From NCBI GenBank assembly GCA_964556885.1, contig CAZKYP010000001.1, forward strand, positions 2,122-66,121: a stretch of 64,000 nucleotides of DNA. The letters are read 5' to 3'. Both the position numbers and the translations under genes were made by a program. This stretch comes from an uncultured Pirellulales bacterium (lineage in GTDB: Bacteria; Planctomycetota; Phycisphaerae; Sedimentisphaerales; Anaerobacaceae). How positions within the stretch are numbered: position 1 is the stretch's first letter; the number at the start of each line of letters is the position of its first letter. Of this stretch, positions 1-8,900 are shown piece by piece. Below the pieces are notes generated by a model. That model worked only from the letters and a program-made list of their open reading frames with translations. It made no database searches and had not been told where the DNA came from.

Positions 1-13
1 TATCTGACATCCC

Positions 14-27
14 GGCACGCTATTTGC
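14..27 (+). promoter_or_regulatory. sigma-54 (RpoN) -24/-12 promoter candidate upstream of fliO
   Basis: The sequence cGGCACGctatTTGCTc has GG and GC separated by exactly 10 nt. It fits TGGCACG-N4-TTGCW except for the first T. It lies about 95 nt upstream of the fliO GTG start. Confidence 0.6.
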
Positions 28-120
28 TCATATCAAAATCAATATGTATTCCGTTTGTGAACCTGGATGTAGAGCCTCGCCAAACGGATATTCGGAAATT
101 TGGTATGATGTATTTATAAC

Positions 121-624
121 GTGGCGACAGTTAAGAAAAAGGCTGTTTTTTCGATACTCGCAGTTGCATTAGCCGGCAGCTTGTTAGTGGTCTGCGCAGC
201 TCAAACAACAAATAACACCGGGCAGGAGGAGTTCGAACCTATAACACAGAGTTCAGAAACACAAAATCAATCCTTATTCGGTGAGGATCCCAATTTCCCA
301 GGCGGGTCCGGTTTCAGCCCAGGCGGTGGGGAATTATTCTATAGGGCGATGATTACCGTATTATTCGTCATTGTTCTTGGTTTTGGGGCCTATTATGTAT
401 CGAGAAAACTGTTGCCGAGAATTACACGCCTGCCGGGAAGAGAGATTCATGTTATCGAGACGACCTATCTTGGACCGCATAAGGCGTTACACCTGATTGA
501 CATTGGCAGTCGTCGTCTTCTGATTGGCAGCACGAATAATAACATCACAAAGCTGATGGATATAAACGATGGATATACAGATGCATCGACAGGATTGTCT
601 GATGATAATCGAGAATATAAATGA
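121..624 (+). CDS. fliO: Flagellar export apparatus protein FliO
   Basis: Small protein with a signal/TM segment and a second TM (ITVLFVIVLGFGAYYV). It has the FliO-type C-terminal block HVIETTYLGPHKALHLIDIGSRRLLIGSTNNNITKL. Its stop overlaps the fliP start by 4 nt (ATGA). The start codon is GTG. Confidence 0.8.
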   Translation: MATVKKKAVFSILAVALAGSLLVVCAAQTTNNTGQEEFEPITQSSETQNQSLFGEDPNFPGGSGFSPGGGELFYRAMITVLFVIVLGFGAYYVSRKLLPRITRLPGREIHVIETTYLGPHKALHLIDIGSRRLLIGSTNNNITKLMDINDGYTDASTGLSDDNREYK

Positions 625-1505
625 GCAACAACTCCGTAAAAATATTTTCCCATGTTTTCATTGTTCTATTTCTTACTGGATCATTATCTGCCCAGTCGGG
701 CAATTCATTAAGCCAAGTTACTAATACTGACTTATCAGCCTTGGGGTCCCGGCAGCTCGGCCCGCCGGGACTACCTGGTTCCGCCAGTAGTACGACTGCA
801 ATCGAAAACGGGATTCCGAGCATCAGCGATTTGATGACGGTGGTAAATAAAGCGACGGCTAATGAAAACGGCGGCGAAAACTGGTCGACTCCGGTCAGGC
901 TTGTTATTATTTTCGGCGGTCTGGCAATCCTGCCGAGCCTTCTGGTGATGATGACATCTTTTACACGGATTGTCATCGTTCTGGCTTTTATTCGACGTGC
1001 TTTGACAACACAAACCATACCGCCAACTATTGCAATCATGGGCCTGGCATTATTTTTGACACTTTACACTATGGCACCTACATTCGCAAAAATCAATGAA
1101 AATTCCATCCAGCCCTATATTTCGGATAATATTGATTTCGGTACGGCTGGTGCCAGAGCGGGTGATTGTATGAAGGAATTTATGCTTCGTCAATGCAGAC
1201 AAGCCGACCTTGCTTTGTTTGTTCAGATGGCCAGGATAAAACCGCCCACCAGATCGATGGATTTAAAAATGCATATAGTCATTCCTGCGTTTATCATTAG
1301 TGAATTTCGCACAGCATTCGAGATGGGCTGTCTGTTATTTATTCCTTTTTTACTAATTGATATGGTTATAGCAGGCGTGCTGCTCAGTGCCGGAATGATG
1401 ATGCTGCCACCAGTCATGATTTCGCTGCCGTTCAAGCTGATGCTGTTTATTCTTGTTGACGGCTGGGGGCTGCTGGCAAAGAGTCTCAGTCTTGGCTTTA
1501 AGTAG
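621..1505 (+). CDS. fliP: Flagellar type III export gate protein FliP
   Basis: Carries the conserved FliP core LLVMMTSFTRIVIVLAFIRRALTTQTIPPTIAIMGLALFLTLYTMAPTF and a multi-TM profile. Gene order is fliO-P-Q-R. Confidence 0.95.
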   Translation: MSNNSVKIFSHVFIVLFLTGSLSAQSGNSLSQVTNTDLSALGSRQLGPPGLPGSASSTTAIENGIPSISDLMTVVNKATANENGGENWSTPVRLVIIFGGLAILPSLLVMMTSFTRIVIVLAFIRRALTTQTIPPTIAIMGLALFLTLYTMAPTFAKINENSIQPYISDNIDFGTAGARAGDCMKEFMLRQCRQADLALFVQMARIKPPTRSMDLKMHIVIPAFIISEFRTAFEMGCLLFIPFLLIDMVIAGVLLSAGMMMLPPVMISLPFKLMLFILVDGWGLLAKSLSLGFK

Positions 1506-1568
1506 CATCGAATCCGAATTTTAAGTATGAGTCAACGATTGACATATTTAAGTATTTAGCAGGAGAAC

Positions 1569-1844
1569 TTGCTTATGGATAGCAGTTATGTACTTTACCT
1601 CGGTCGATATACCCTTGAGACTGCCCTGTTATTGTCTGCACCGGTACTGCTGACATGTGTGGTTGTCGGTGTTGTTGTGACGTTGTTTCAGGCGGTTACT
1701 TCCATTCGCGATATGACCTTGACAGTTGTTCCGAAACTTGTGGCCGTCGGCATTGTGTATCTGATCTTCAGCGGCTGGATGCTTCAGGTAATGCTAAGTT
1801 TCACAAACGAAATATTCGCACAAGTTCAAAACGTCGGGCATTAA
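1569..1844 (+). CDS. fliQ: Flagellar export gate protein FliQ
   Basis: 91-aa two-TM protein with the FliQ motif VVGVVVTLFQAVTSIRDMTLTVVPKL. It sits between fliP and fliR. Confidence 0.93.
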   Translation: MLMDSSYVLYLGRYTLETALLLSAPVLLTCVVVGVVVTLFQAVTSIRDMTLTVVPKLVAVGIVYLIFSGWMLQVMLSFTNEIFAQVQNVGH

Positions 1845-1853
1845 CGGGCGGCA

Positions 1854-2606
1854 ATGGAATTGATGATTGATAAACTGCTTGGCTTCGCAATGGTGCTGAC
1901 CCGAATTTCGGCATTCTTCCTTATTCTTCCGGTTTTCGGGTGGCTCAGCATTCCGGCCAGAGTCAAAGTCGGAATGACCATACTGATTGCAATCTTCTTC
2001 TCGACTATAACGCCACTGCCCGTCGATGTCCGGCGGGTCAGCGTTTTGGAAGCTGTATTGCTGCTGGCAAACGAAGCTACCTATGGGCTGGCTCTTGGAT
2101 TGATCGCCGCCTGCCTTTTCGCAACAGTTAAGTTCAGCGGCAGATTCATCGAAAGGCAGATGGGTCTGGCTACGGCCGAGGTGCTGGATCCGCTGACGGG
2201 CGAAGGCGCACAGATATTGGGCAGCCTTTTGGAGATGATATTTGTAATATTGTTTCTCAGTGCCAATGGTCACCACCTGTTTTTACAAATTATATTACGA
2301 AGCTATGAAGCATTTCCCGCCGGCAGCATTCCAACGATAACCGTTTTACTTAACGGAGTAACCAAAGCGGGGTCGGCCATGTTGATGGCCGGTCTGAAAC
2401 TGGCGGCGCCGATGCTGGCTGCTTTTATATTGCTATTAGTTGTATTGGCGGTGCTGGCAAGAATGGTTCCCGAAATGAACATACTTTTTATCAGTATGCC
2501 GTTACGTGTAGCGATGGGATTGTTTATGGCGGCAATATTTCTGCCGTTTATCGGTTCATTTGTATCTGAATTCGCCGAGATGATGGGTAAAATAATGCCA
2601 TTGTAG
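1854..2606 (+). CDS. fliR: Flagellar export gate protein FliR
   Basis: 250-aa polytopic membrane protein beginning LGFAMVLTRISAFFLILPVF. It follows fliQ and precedes flhB. Confidence 0.92.
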   Translation: MELMIDKLLGFAMVLTRISAFFLILPVFGWLSIPARVKVGMTILIAIFFSTITPLPVDVRRVSVLEAVLLLANEATYGLALGLIAACLFATVKFSGRFIERQMGLATAEVLDPLTGEGAQILGSLLEMIFVILFLSANGHHLFLQIILRSYEAFPAGSIPTITVLLNGVTKAGSAMLMAGLKLAAPMLAAFILLLVVLAVLARMVPEMNILFISMPLRVAMGLFMAAIFLPFIGSFVSEFAEMMGKIMPL

Positions 2607-2702
2607 CAGCAGTCGACCTGTTTAGCGACAACTGAATAATGGTTAATATGAATAACCAGTTACCCACTACCAATAGCTATTTACGAATAATAGAGATCGA
2701 TT

Positions 2703-3791
2703 ATGCCGGAACAAAGCGCTGCAGAAAGGACAGAACTACCAACCCAGAGGAAGCTGAATAAGGCTCGTGAAAAAGGGCAGGTTCCGCAGAGCCAGGAATT
2801 TACGTCGGTTGCAACGCTTTTAATATTAATAACAGTACTTGTGCTGTTGGGTCCCCACCTTCTTCAATGGTTTATTATGCAAATCAGGGAGGGCATCTCA
2901 TGTGAAAACAGCATCTTTACAAATCCTCGGACATTTATAAAATTTACCAATTCCAAGATTACGGATTTGCTTTTTACGATCTCACCGATACTTACAGCAC
3001 TTTGCGTAGGGGCCGTTCTGGCCAGTATCTTGGTTAGTGGCTGGAATTTTGCTCCGGGTGCCCTTCGTTTCAAGTTGAATCAGCTTAATCCTGTGACAGG
3101 TCTTAGTAAGCTGATAAGCGGCCGTTCTTTGGTTGCACTTTTGTTGTCCATACTAAAACTGTTGTTCGTTTCAATTATCATTTGGTTTTATCTGGAAAGC
3201 AGGCTTGAGTCACTGGCAGCTCTCAGGTGGGCATGGTCGGCACAGATTCTTACAGTTATCACCAGGATGATATTGGGTCTTCTGATTCGTATTGGAATCG
3301 CATTGTTTATTATATCAATAGTCGATGTTATTTACCAGAAATGGAAATATATCAACGAATTGAAAATGACCCGTCAGGAAGTCAAGCAGGATCGCAGGGA
3401 AACCGAAGGTTCGCCCGAGGTTAAAGGTCGGATTCGAAAGTTACAAATCGAAATGAGCCTGAGACGTATGTTGCAGGAAGTCCCCAAGGCCAGTGTCGTT
3501 CTTGTCAACCCGACGCACGTCGCCGTGGCCCTGCAATATGACGCCAAAACAATGGATGCGCCTATTATGGTAGCGAAAGGTGCGGACCACCTGGCGGAAA
3601 AAATCAGAGATATTGCGAGGGCTTACGGAGTGCCCGTAGTACAAAGACCGGAGCTTGCCAGGACGATATATGCAACGGTTAAACTGGGAAATCCCATACC
3701 GCAATCATTATATGTGGCCGTAGCGGAAATATTAGCCTTGATTTATCGTTTGCGGCATAAAAACAGGGTAACGAAACCAGTACGAATTTAA
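2703..3791 (+). CDS. flhB: Flagellar export switch protein FlhB
   Basis: The N-terminus has TELPTQRKLNKAREKGQVPQS. The autocleavage-site context LVNPTHVAVAL (NPTH) is present, followed by the C-terminal block VVQRPELARTIY. Confidence 0.95.
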   Translation: MPEQSAAERTELPTQRKLNKAREKGQVPQSQEFTSVATLLILITVLVLLGPHLLQWFIMQIREGISCENSIFTNPRTFIKFTNSKITDLLFTISPILTALCVGAVLASILVSGWNFAPGALRFKLNQLNPVTGLSKLISGRSLVALLLSILKLLFVSIIIWFYLESRLESLAALRWAWSAQILTVITRMILGLLIRIGIALFIISIVDVIYQKWKYINELKMTRQEVKQDRRETEGSPEVKGRIRKLQIEMSLRRMLQEVPKASVVLVNPTHVAVALQYDAKTMDAPIMVAKGADHLAEKIRDIARAYGVPVVQRPELARTIYATVKLGNPIPQSLYVAVAEILALIYRLRHKNRVTKPVRI

Positions 3792-3805
3792 GTCATATCA
3801 CCTTG

Positions 3806-5845
3806 TTAACTATTGATTCCGAGGGCTTCCATCTGGCTCTGTAGCAAAGCCAATGTTTTTTCAAGGCGGGCGAATCGGGCAATTAATCTTTCCTCCTTTT
3901 TAGTAAGACGTTCTTCCTCGTTGTCAATTTTATCCTGTAGGTTCCCTATTTGATCTTTGACGTACTCCTGGTCGATTTTTATTGATCCGGTTGTTACCTT
4001 AAGCATATTATCCAGTGCGTCCTCGATCGCACCGGTAAAACCTTGTTTGACCCTGACTTTGGCGGTGAAGGTTCCGTCCTGACTTAAGTCTATGGTTAAT
4101 TGAAGGGCGTTCTCGGGATTCACAGGATAGCCGTTGTCATCGAAAGTGCTGTCTCCGGTGACAACATTGCCGCTGGCGGTGGCGTCACGATATGTCGATT
4201 CTGATGAAAGTTTTATTCTGGAACTGGTGATTACTCCGCCGTTGATGACAACTTCCACGTCATAGTTGCCTGCTGTCGTGTAGTTGCTGCTGGCACTGTA
4301 AAATTTTACTGTGTTACTATCGCTGCTGCCACTTTTGTCTGCTCCAATCAGGGCCAGAACGCCCATATAATCTTCAGCTATGGCTTCGTCAAAAACGTTT
4401 GAGTTCAGGTTTAGAAGGCCTTCTTTATCAAGCTCGAGCCCGATTAGACCCGGCATCAGAAAAGTATCGATGTCCTGTATAAACCCGCTGGTCTGAGATA
4501 TTAGCGGCGTGAGAATTTGGGAGCGTATTGTTGAGACGATATAATCGCCCATCAGCGTGCCTGCGGTTTTTTCGACCGTATCATATCCCGTCATTTCCTG
4601 AATATAGGTAGCAACCAGATTGTAAGCATTTACCATAGAAGTCAGTTTTTCTTTGACTGACTCAATATCTCTTGTCAGCGTTATCTCCTCTCCCGCGGCA
4701 TCGGTAGTATCGTGCAGGTGTAATGTCACACCGGAAATAACATCATCTATTGTGTTAGAGCTCCTGCTTATCCATGCTTCAGGCGGATAGCCGTCGACTC
4801 TAATCTGGCTGTCCTGTGCCGACTGCGTCTCGAGAAAATCCGCTTCCGCAAAACCTTCCAGATCCGCCTCAGCCGTCGTAGGACCTCCCTCAACCGAAAC
4901 AGCCATTGTGGGCAAGGTCAATGTGGCCGCAGAACCATTGTCATTGTAGGTCAAATTTATTGAAAGGCCGCTTGTACCATATGTACTGTCCGTAAGGACT
5001 ATCTGACCGTTAACCAAAGTTGCCTTGGCAATTCCATCGAAGGCGTCGTTGATTTCCGAGATAAGGTGAGTCAGTTTTGTATTGCTTGTAATACTGAGAT
5101 TCACCTGGGCTATCGCGTCTCCATTGTGGTCGGTCCCGATAATTTCTATTACCTCACCGCCTTCGAGCGGGTTTTCTCCGAACTGGTCGAGGTCTGTTAT
5201 CTTCGTTGAAAGTGTGGCGTTATCACTGTCAACGGTAAATGATGAATCAGCCTGCCATACTTCAGTGCTGCTGGCGTTAATCGAAATTGCATAATTAGAA
5301 CCTGCGCTGTTTCCGTTCAATACCAGATGATATGTGTTATTGTAATATAAAAGACCTGCGGTAACGCCCGGATTATCGGCGTCGTTATTGATCAGACCGA
5401 CGAGGTCCTGGAGGGTTGTGGTCTCGGTTGTTGTGATTACTGTCTCCATGTGATTATATGAATATATAAATGTCCCGGCTCCGACATAATCTTCCGCGTA
5501 TTCTATGCCGCTTGAGTGAATCCATCGCTCCGCGGTCGCAAGTTGATTGACGACAACCGTGTGATTGCCTTCGAAGGCGTTGTAAGATGCCTCGGCGGTT
5601 AATTTGTCGGAATCGCTGGATGAAACTGAAAAAGCGCGAAGCTCATTCGAATCGGACAGGGCCCTGACGGAACTCCTGAAGTTGCTTAGTTTGCTGTCGA
5701 GGGTGCTAAGTGCGGTTTTTCTCTCGTCCCATGTATCCTTTCGCTCTTCATACATATCGAGTGTTTTGCGCTCGATAGCCATTAACTGTGAAATAAGCGT
5801 GGATGTGTCGATTCCCGATAAAAGACCTGAAAGTTGTGTTGCCAT
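3806..5845 (-). CDS. fliD: Flagellar filament cap protein FliD (hook-associated protein 2), long form of 679 aa
   Basis: The N-terminus reads MATQLSGLLSGIDTSTLISQLMAIERKTLDMYEERK. The C-terminus has the coiled-coil ERLTKKEERLIARFARLEKTLALLQSQ. The central domain is large and S/T/N-rich. Confidence 0.93.
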   Translation of the reverse strand: MATQLSGLLSGIDTSTLISQLMAIERKTLDMYEERKDTWDERKTALSTLDSKLSNFRSSVRALSDSNELRAFSVSSSDSDKLTAEASYNAFEGNHTVVVNQLATAERWIHSSGIEYAEDYVGAGTFIYSYNHMETVITTTETTTLQDLVGLINNDADNPGVTAGLLYYNNTYHLVLNGNSAGSNYAISINASSTEVWQADSSFTVDSDNATLSTKITDLDQFGENPLEGGEVIEIIGTDHNGDAIAQVNLSITSNTKLTHLISEINDAFDGIAKATLVNGQIVLTDSTYGTSGLSINLTYNDNGSAATLTLPTMAVSVEGGPTTAEADLEGFAEADFLETQSAQDSQIRVDGYPPEAWISRSSNTIDDVISGVTLHLHDTTDAAGEEITLTRDIESVKEKLTSMVNAYNLVATYIQEMTGYDTVEKTAGTLMGDYIVSTIRSQILTPLISQTSGFIQDIDTFLMPGLIGLELDKEGLLNLNSNVFDEAIAEDYMGVLALIGADKSGSSDSNTVKFYSASSNYTTAGNYDVEVVINGGVITSSRIKLSSESTYRDATASGNVVTGDSTFDDNGYPVNPENALQLTIDLSQDGTFTAKVRVKQGFTGAIEDALDNMLKVTTGSIKIDQEYVKDQIGNLQDKIDNEEERLTKKEERLIARFARLEKTLALLQSQMEALGINS

Positions 5846-5904
5846 ATTTTTATGTTTTCCCGTCTAAATTCTATTTTAGAGCTAAAAAGGCTCCGTGTAA
5901 TCAA

Positions 5905-5931
5905 TTATCGATAAAATTCCTTTTCTATTTA
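5905..5931 (-). promoter_or_regulatory. sigma-28 (FliA) type promoter candidate for fliD
   Basis: The minus-sense sequence reads TAAA-tagaaaaggaatttt-ATCGATAA. That is TAAA-N15-GCCGATAA with the CGATAA core intact. It lies in the 94-nt spacer between the stop of the giant gene and the fliD start. Confidence 0.5.
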
Positions 5932-5939
5932 ATGGTTTT

Positions 5940-8900
5940 TTAATAAATGGCTGTCTGCATTTGTTCAGCATACTTTTGTCTGCCGAGATCGCATTTTTGC
6001 AGCAATTGACGGATTTGGTCGTTATTGGGGTCCATTTTGAGGCATTCATTCAATTCCGACCAGGCCTGTTCAAAAGCTTTTTTGGCGTAAACAGGGGATG
6101 AGTTTGAATTTATGAAATTCTGGCCTATTGAAAGGTAAGTTGCGGCGACCAGACATTTGGCGTGTAATGACCTTTTCTCGGGGGCTATCTTGTCCCAGGC
6201 TACATCCGGAAACAACTCATCATAACTGAAACTCTCCGTAAATCGCTTTAGAACCTCAAAATTTGCCCGTGCCCCTTCATGTGAAGGTTTTCTTGAAACA
6301 CTATCAAGTACCATTCTTCTAAGGTACAACGGTGCTTTAAGGTGGTGGGCTTTTAATCCGTGTTTAACAAACAGCCGTATCATGTCGTAATCCATGCTGT
6401 TTCTAAAACTGTCATCGAACTTTCCGATCTTGTCAAAGACGCTCTTTCTGATACAGGTCCTGAACGGCACAACTGGAAATCCGCAGTGAAACAGGTCTCT
6501 GATAAGATATTTTCGATCCGTGTACTCCGGGCGTTCAATCACCCGGGTCGGTCTGCCAATGGTATCGATAAGATAATCGTCGCAATAAATAAGGTCGGCG
6601 TCGGGACATTTTTCAAATTCCTTTAAATGTGATGAAATGTAATCCGGAGTCATCATATCATCGGCATCAAGAGGCACGATAAAATCACCTGATGCTTTTT
6701 TCATACCGAGATTTCGGGCGGTATAAGGCCCGCCGTTTTCCTTGTAGAAGTATTTAATCCGTGGGTCTCCGAAGCTCAATACCGCATCCTTAGTGTGATC
6801 TGTGGAACCGTCATCAACTACAATCAGCTCGAAATTCATATAGTTTTGAATCAGTATGCTTTCAATCGCCTCTATGATATAATTTTCCATGTTATATACG
6901 GGCATTATAATCGAGACCAGGGGATTGTCTTTGTGTTGGTAGATTGGGAAAATACCCAAATACTCTCTGCCATATCTCCTGCCGACCTTGTACCTCTCGT
7001 ACCAACTGTGAATCCTTCTGCCATGTTCGATTCCATCCCTGTTATAATAGTACAGCCCCAAAAATTCCGGTATGTGTTTGAAATCGTATTTTTGGGAAGT
7101 ACGAAGCCAAAAATCCCAGTCTCCCGAACAAGCTAATGACTCGTCAAAAAAGCCCAGTTCATCATGAAGTGTTTTTCTCCACATCGGCTGTGAACCAACA
7201 CAACAGCCGAAGAGCAGTCTTTCTTTACTGTATTCAGACCTTTTGGCCAGTTCTATACAGTTATGGTTTTCAAAAGTGCCGTTGGGTGTATCTGTGCATA
7301 TCTGGTCGCCATAAATAAGTGCTATTTCCGGATTTTTCTCCAGTGTGCGGGCCATAATTTCGAGGGCATCCTTACGATGCCGGTCGTCCGTATTGGCATT
7401 TGTCAGGTATTTCCCGCGGGCCACCCTGACAGCACGGTTCCATGCCGTGTAGATTCCCTCACGACAGTCGGTTTTGATGTAGGATATGTTATTATATTTA
7501 TTCTGGTATTCACGAACGATTGCATCTTCGTTCTGTTCCGAGCCGCTGTTGACAATTACAATCTCCAGCTTATCTGCTATTGTCTGCTGAACCAGGTCGT
7601 CCATGCAGCCTCTCAGGAATTTCTCTGCATTATATGTCGACACTATCGCCGAAACCAGATACCGGCTTTCCGGACCGGCGGAGCTTTCAGAAATAGCTTC
7701 GCTCTTTTGCGGAGCGGCCGGTAACGACGGTGCGTTTTCCAGTTTGGCAAGCACGGCTTTCAGACTCGCTGTTTGCTCCTGTGGCATATTCAAGCGATTA
7801 TCGTTCAGTAGCGTATGATAAATCTGTTTGACTTTATCGTATTTTCCATGGTTGAGGTAACACTGGGCAAGCTTCGTGCCGGTGCTTATGTAGCAGTCGA
7901 TTTGTGCCGTCTTGTTTTTTTCGACATCAGAGCTTGTTTTTAATTTTCGTTCAATGAATTCATCTGATTGCATTACGGAGGAAAATACGGATTCAAGCAG
8001 TATCTCGGCTTCTGTGAATTTGCCGAGCTTGGCATACAGAGTACCGAGCAGATAACGTCCCTTGAGCAAGTCCGGCTCAAGGTTCACTGCTTTCAAAGCC
8101 CATTCAGCAGCTTCCTGTGGAGAATTTTCCTGTAGAAACAGGCAGTTGCTTAAGAGTTTAAGATAATCTTTTTCAAATATCCTGGCATTTTGCGGATACA
8201 AGCTGCGGATATACTGCAGATACAATTCGATATCGGGCCATTTTTTGCGTGCCATTTTGAGCATTTCTTTTTCCCGCAGGTTTTTCTCGATGCGATGCTC
8301 GAAGTCGACTTTTGGTTCATGATATACTATCACATCGGGGGCATATATTATGCAGTTAATCTTCTCATTTAGTGATTTGTATATCCTGTATGAAAGCTCC
8401 CGGTTCTCGTTCCCGAACAGGTCGGTATCATATCCGTCGACCTTGCAGAATATATCCTTTCTGAAGGCACAATGTGAACTGACTTCACATGTGGTATGTA
8501 TAACATTATCGCCCAAATCATAACTCGCGGGTGCTGTTTGTGAGTCCGTGGAACTTTTCGGCAGTACCTTTCCTCTCAGGCCGCAAATGTTGTGTTTTGC
8601 GAAGTTCGCAAGAATATTAGCGACAAAATTTTTGTCCGGCACTGCGTCGTCGTCAAGGAACGCGAAATAGTCAGCCCTTGCCTTCGATGCGCCTGTATTT
8701 TTTGCGTATGACGGGCCGAGGTTTTTGCTTAGCTCTATACAGCAAAGCCCGCATTTGAATCTCTCGGAGATGGTTTTTAATTCGGATAATTCACCATCGT
8801 TGCTTATAACAATTATCTCGAAATCTGTCTCGGTTTGGTTTTGCAGGGCGTTAAGATTTTCATTTAATTGCTGCGGCTTATTATAAGTAACAATTACGAC

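Noticed and set aside
3792-3805. The expected bidirectional terminator between the convergent flhB and fliD genes.
   Set aside because: Only 14 nt separate the two stop codons, and no GC-rich stem or T-run is present. Any termination signal must lie inside the coding regions, so no terminator feature is called.
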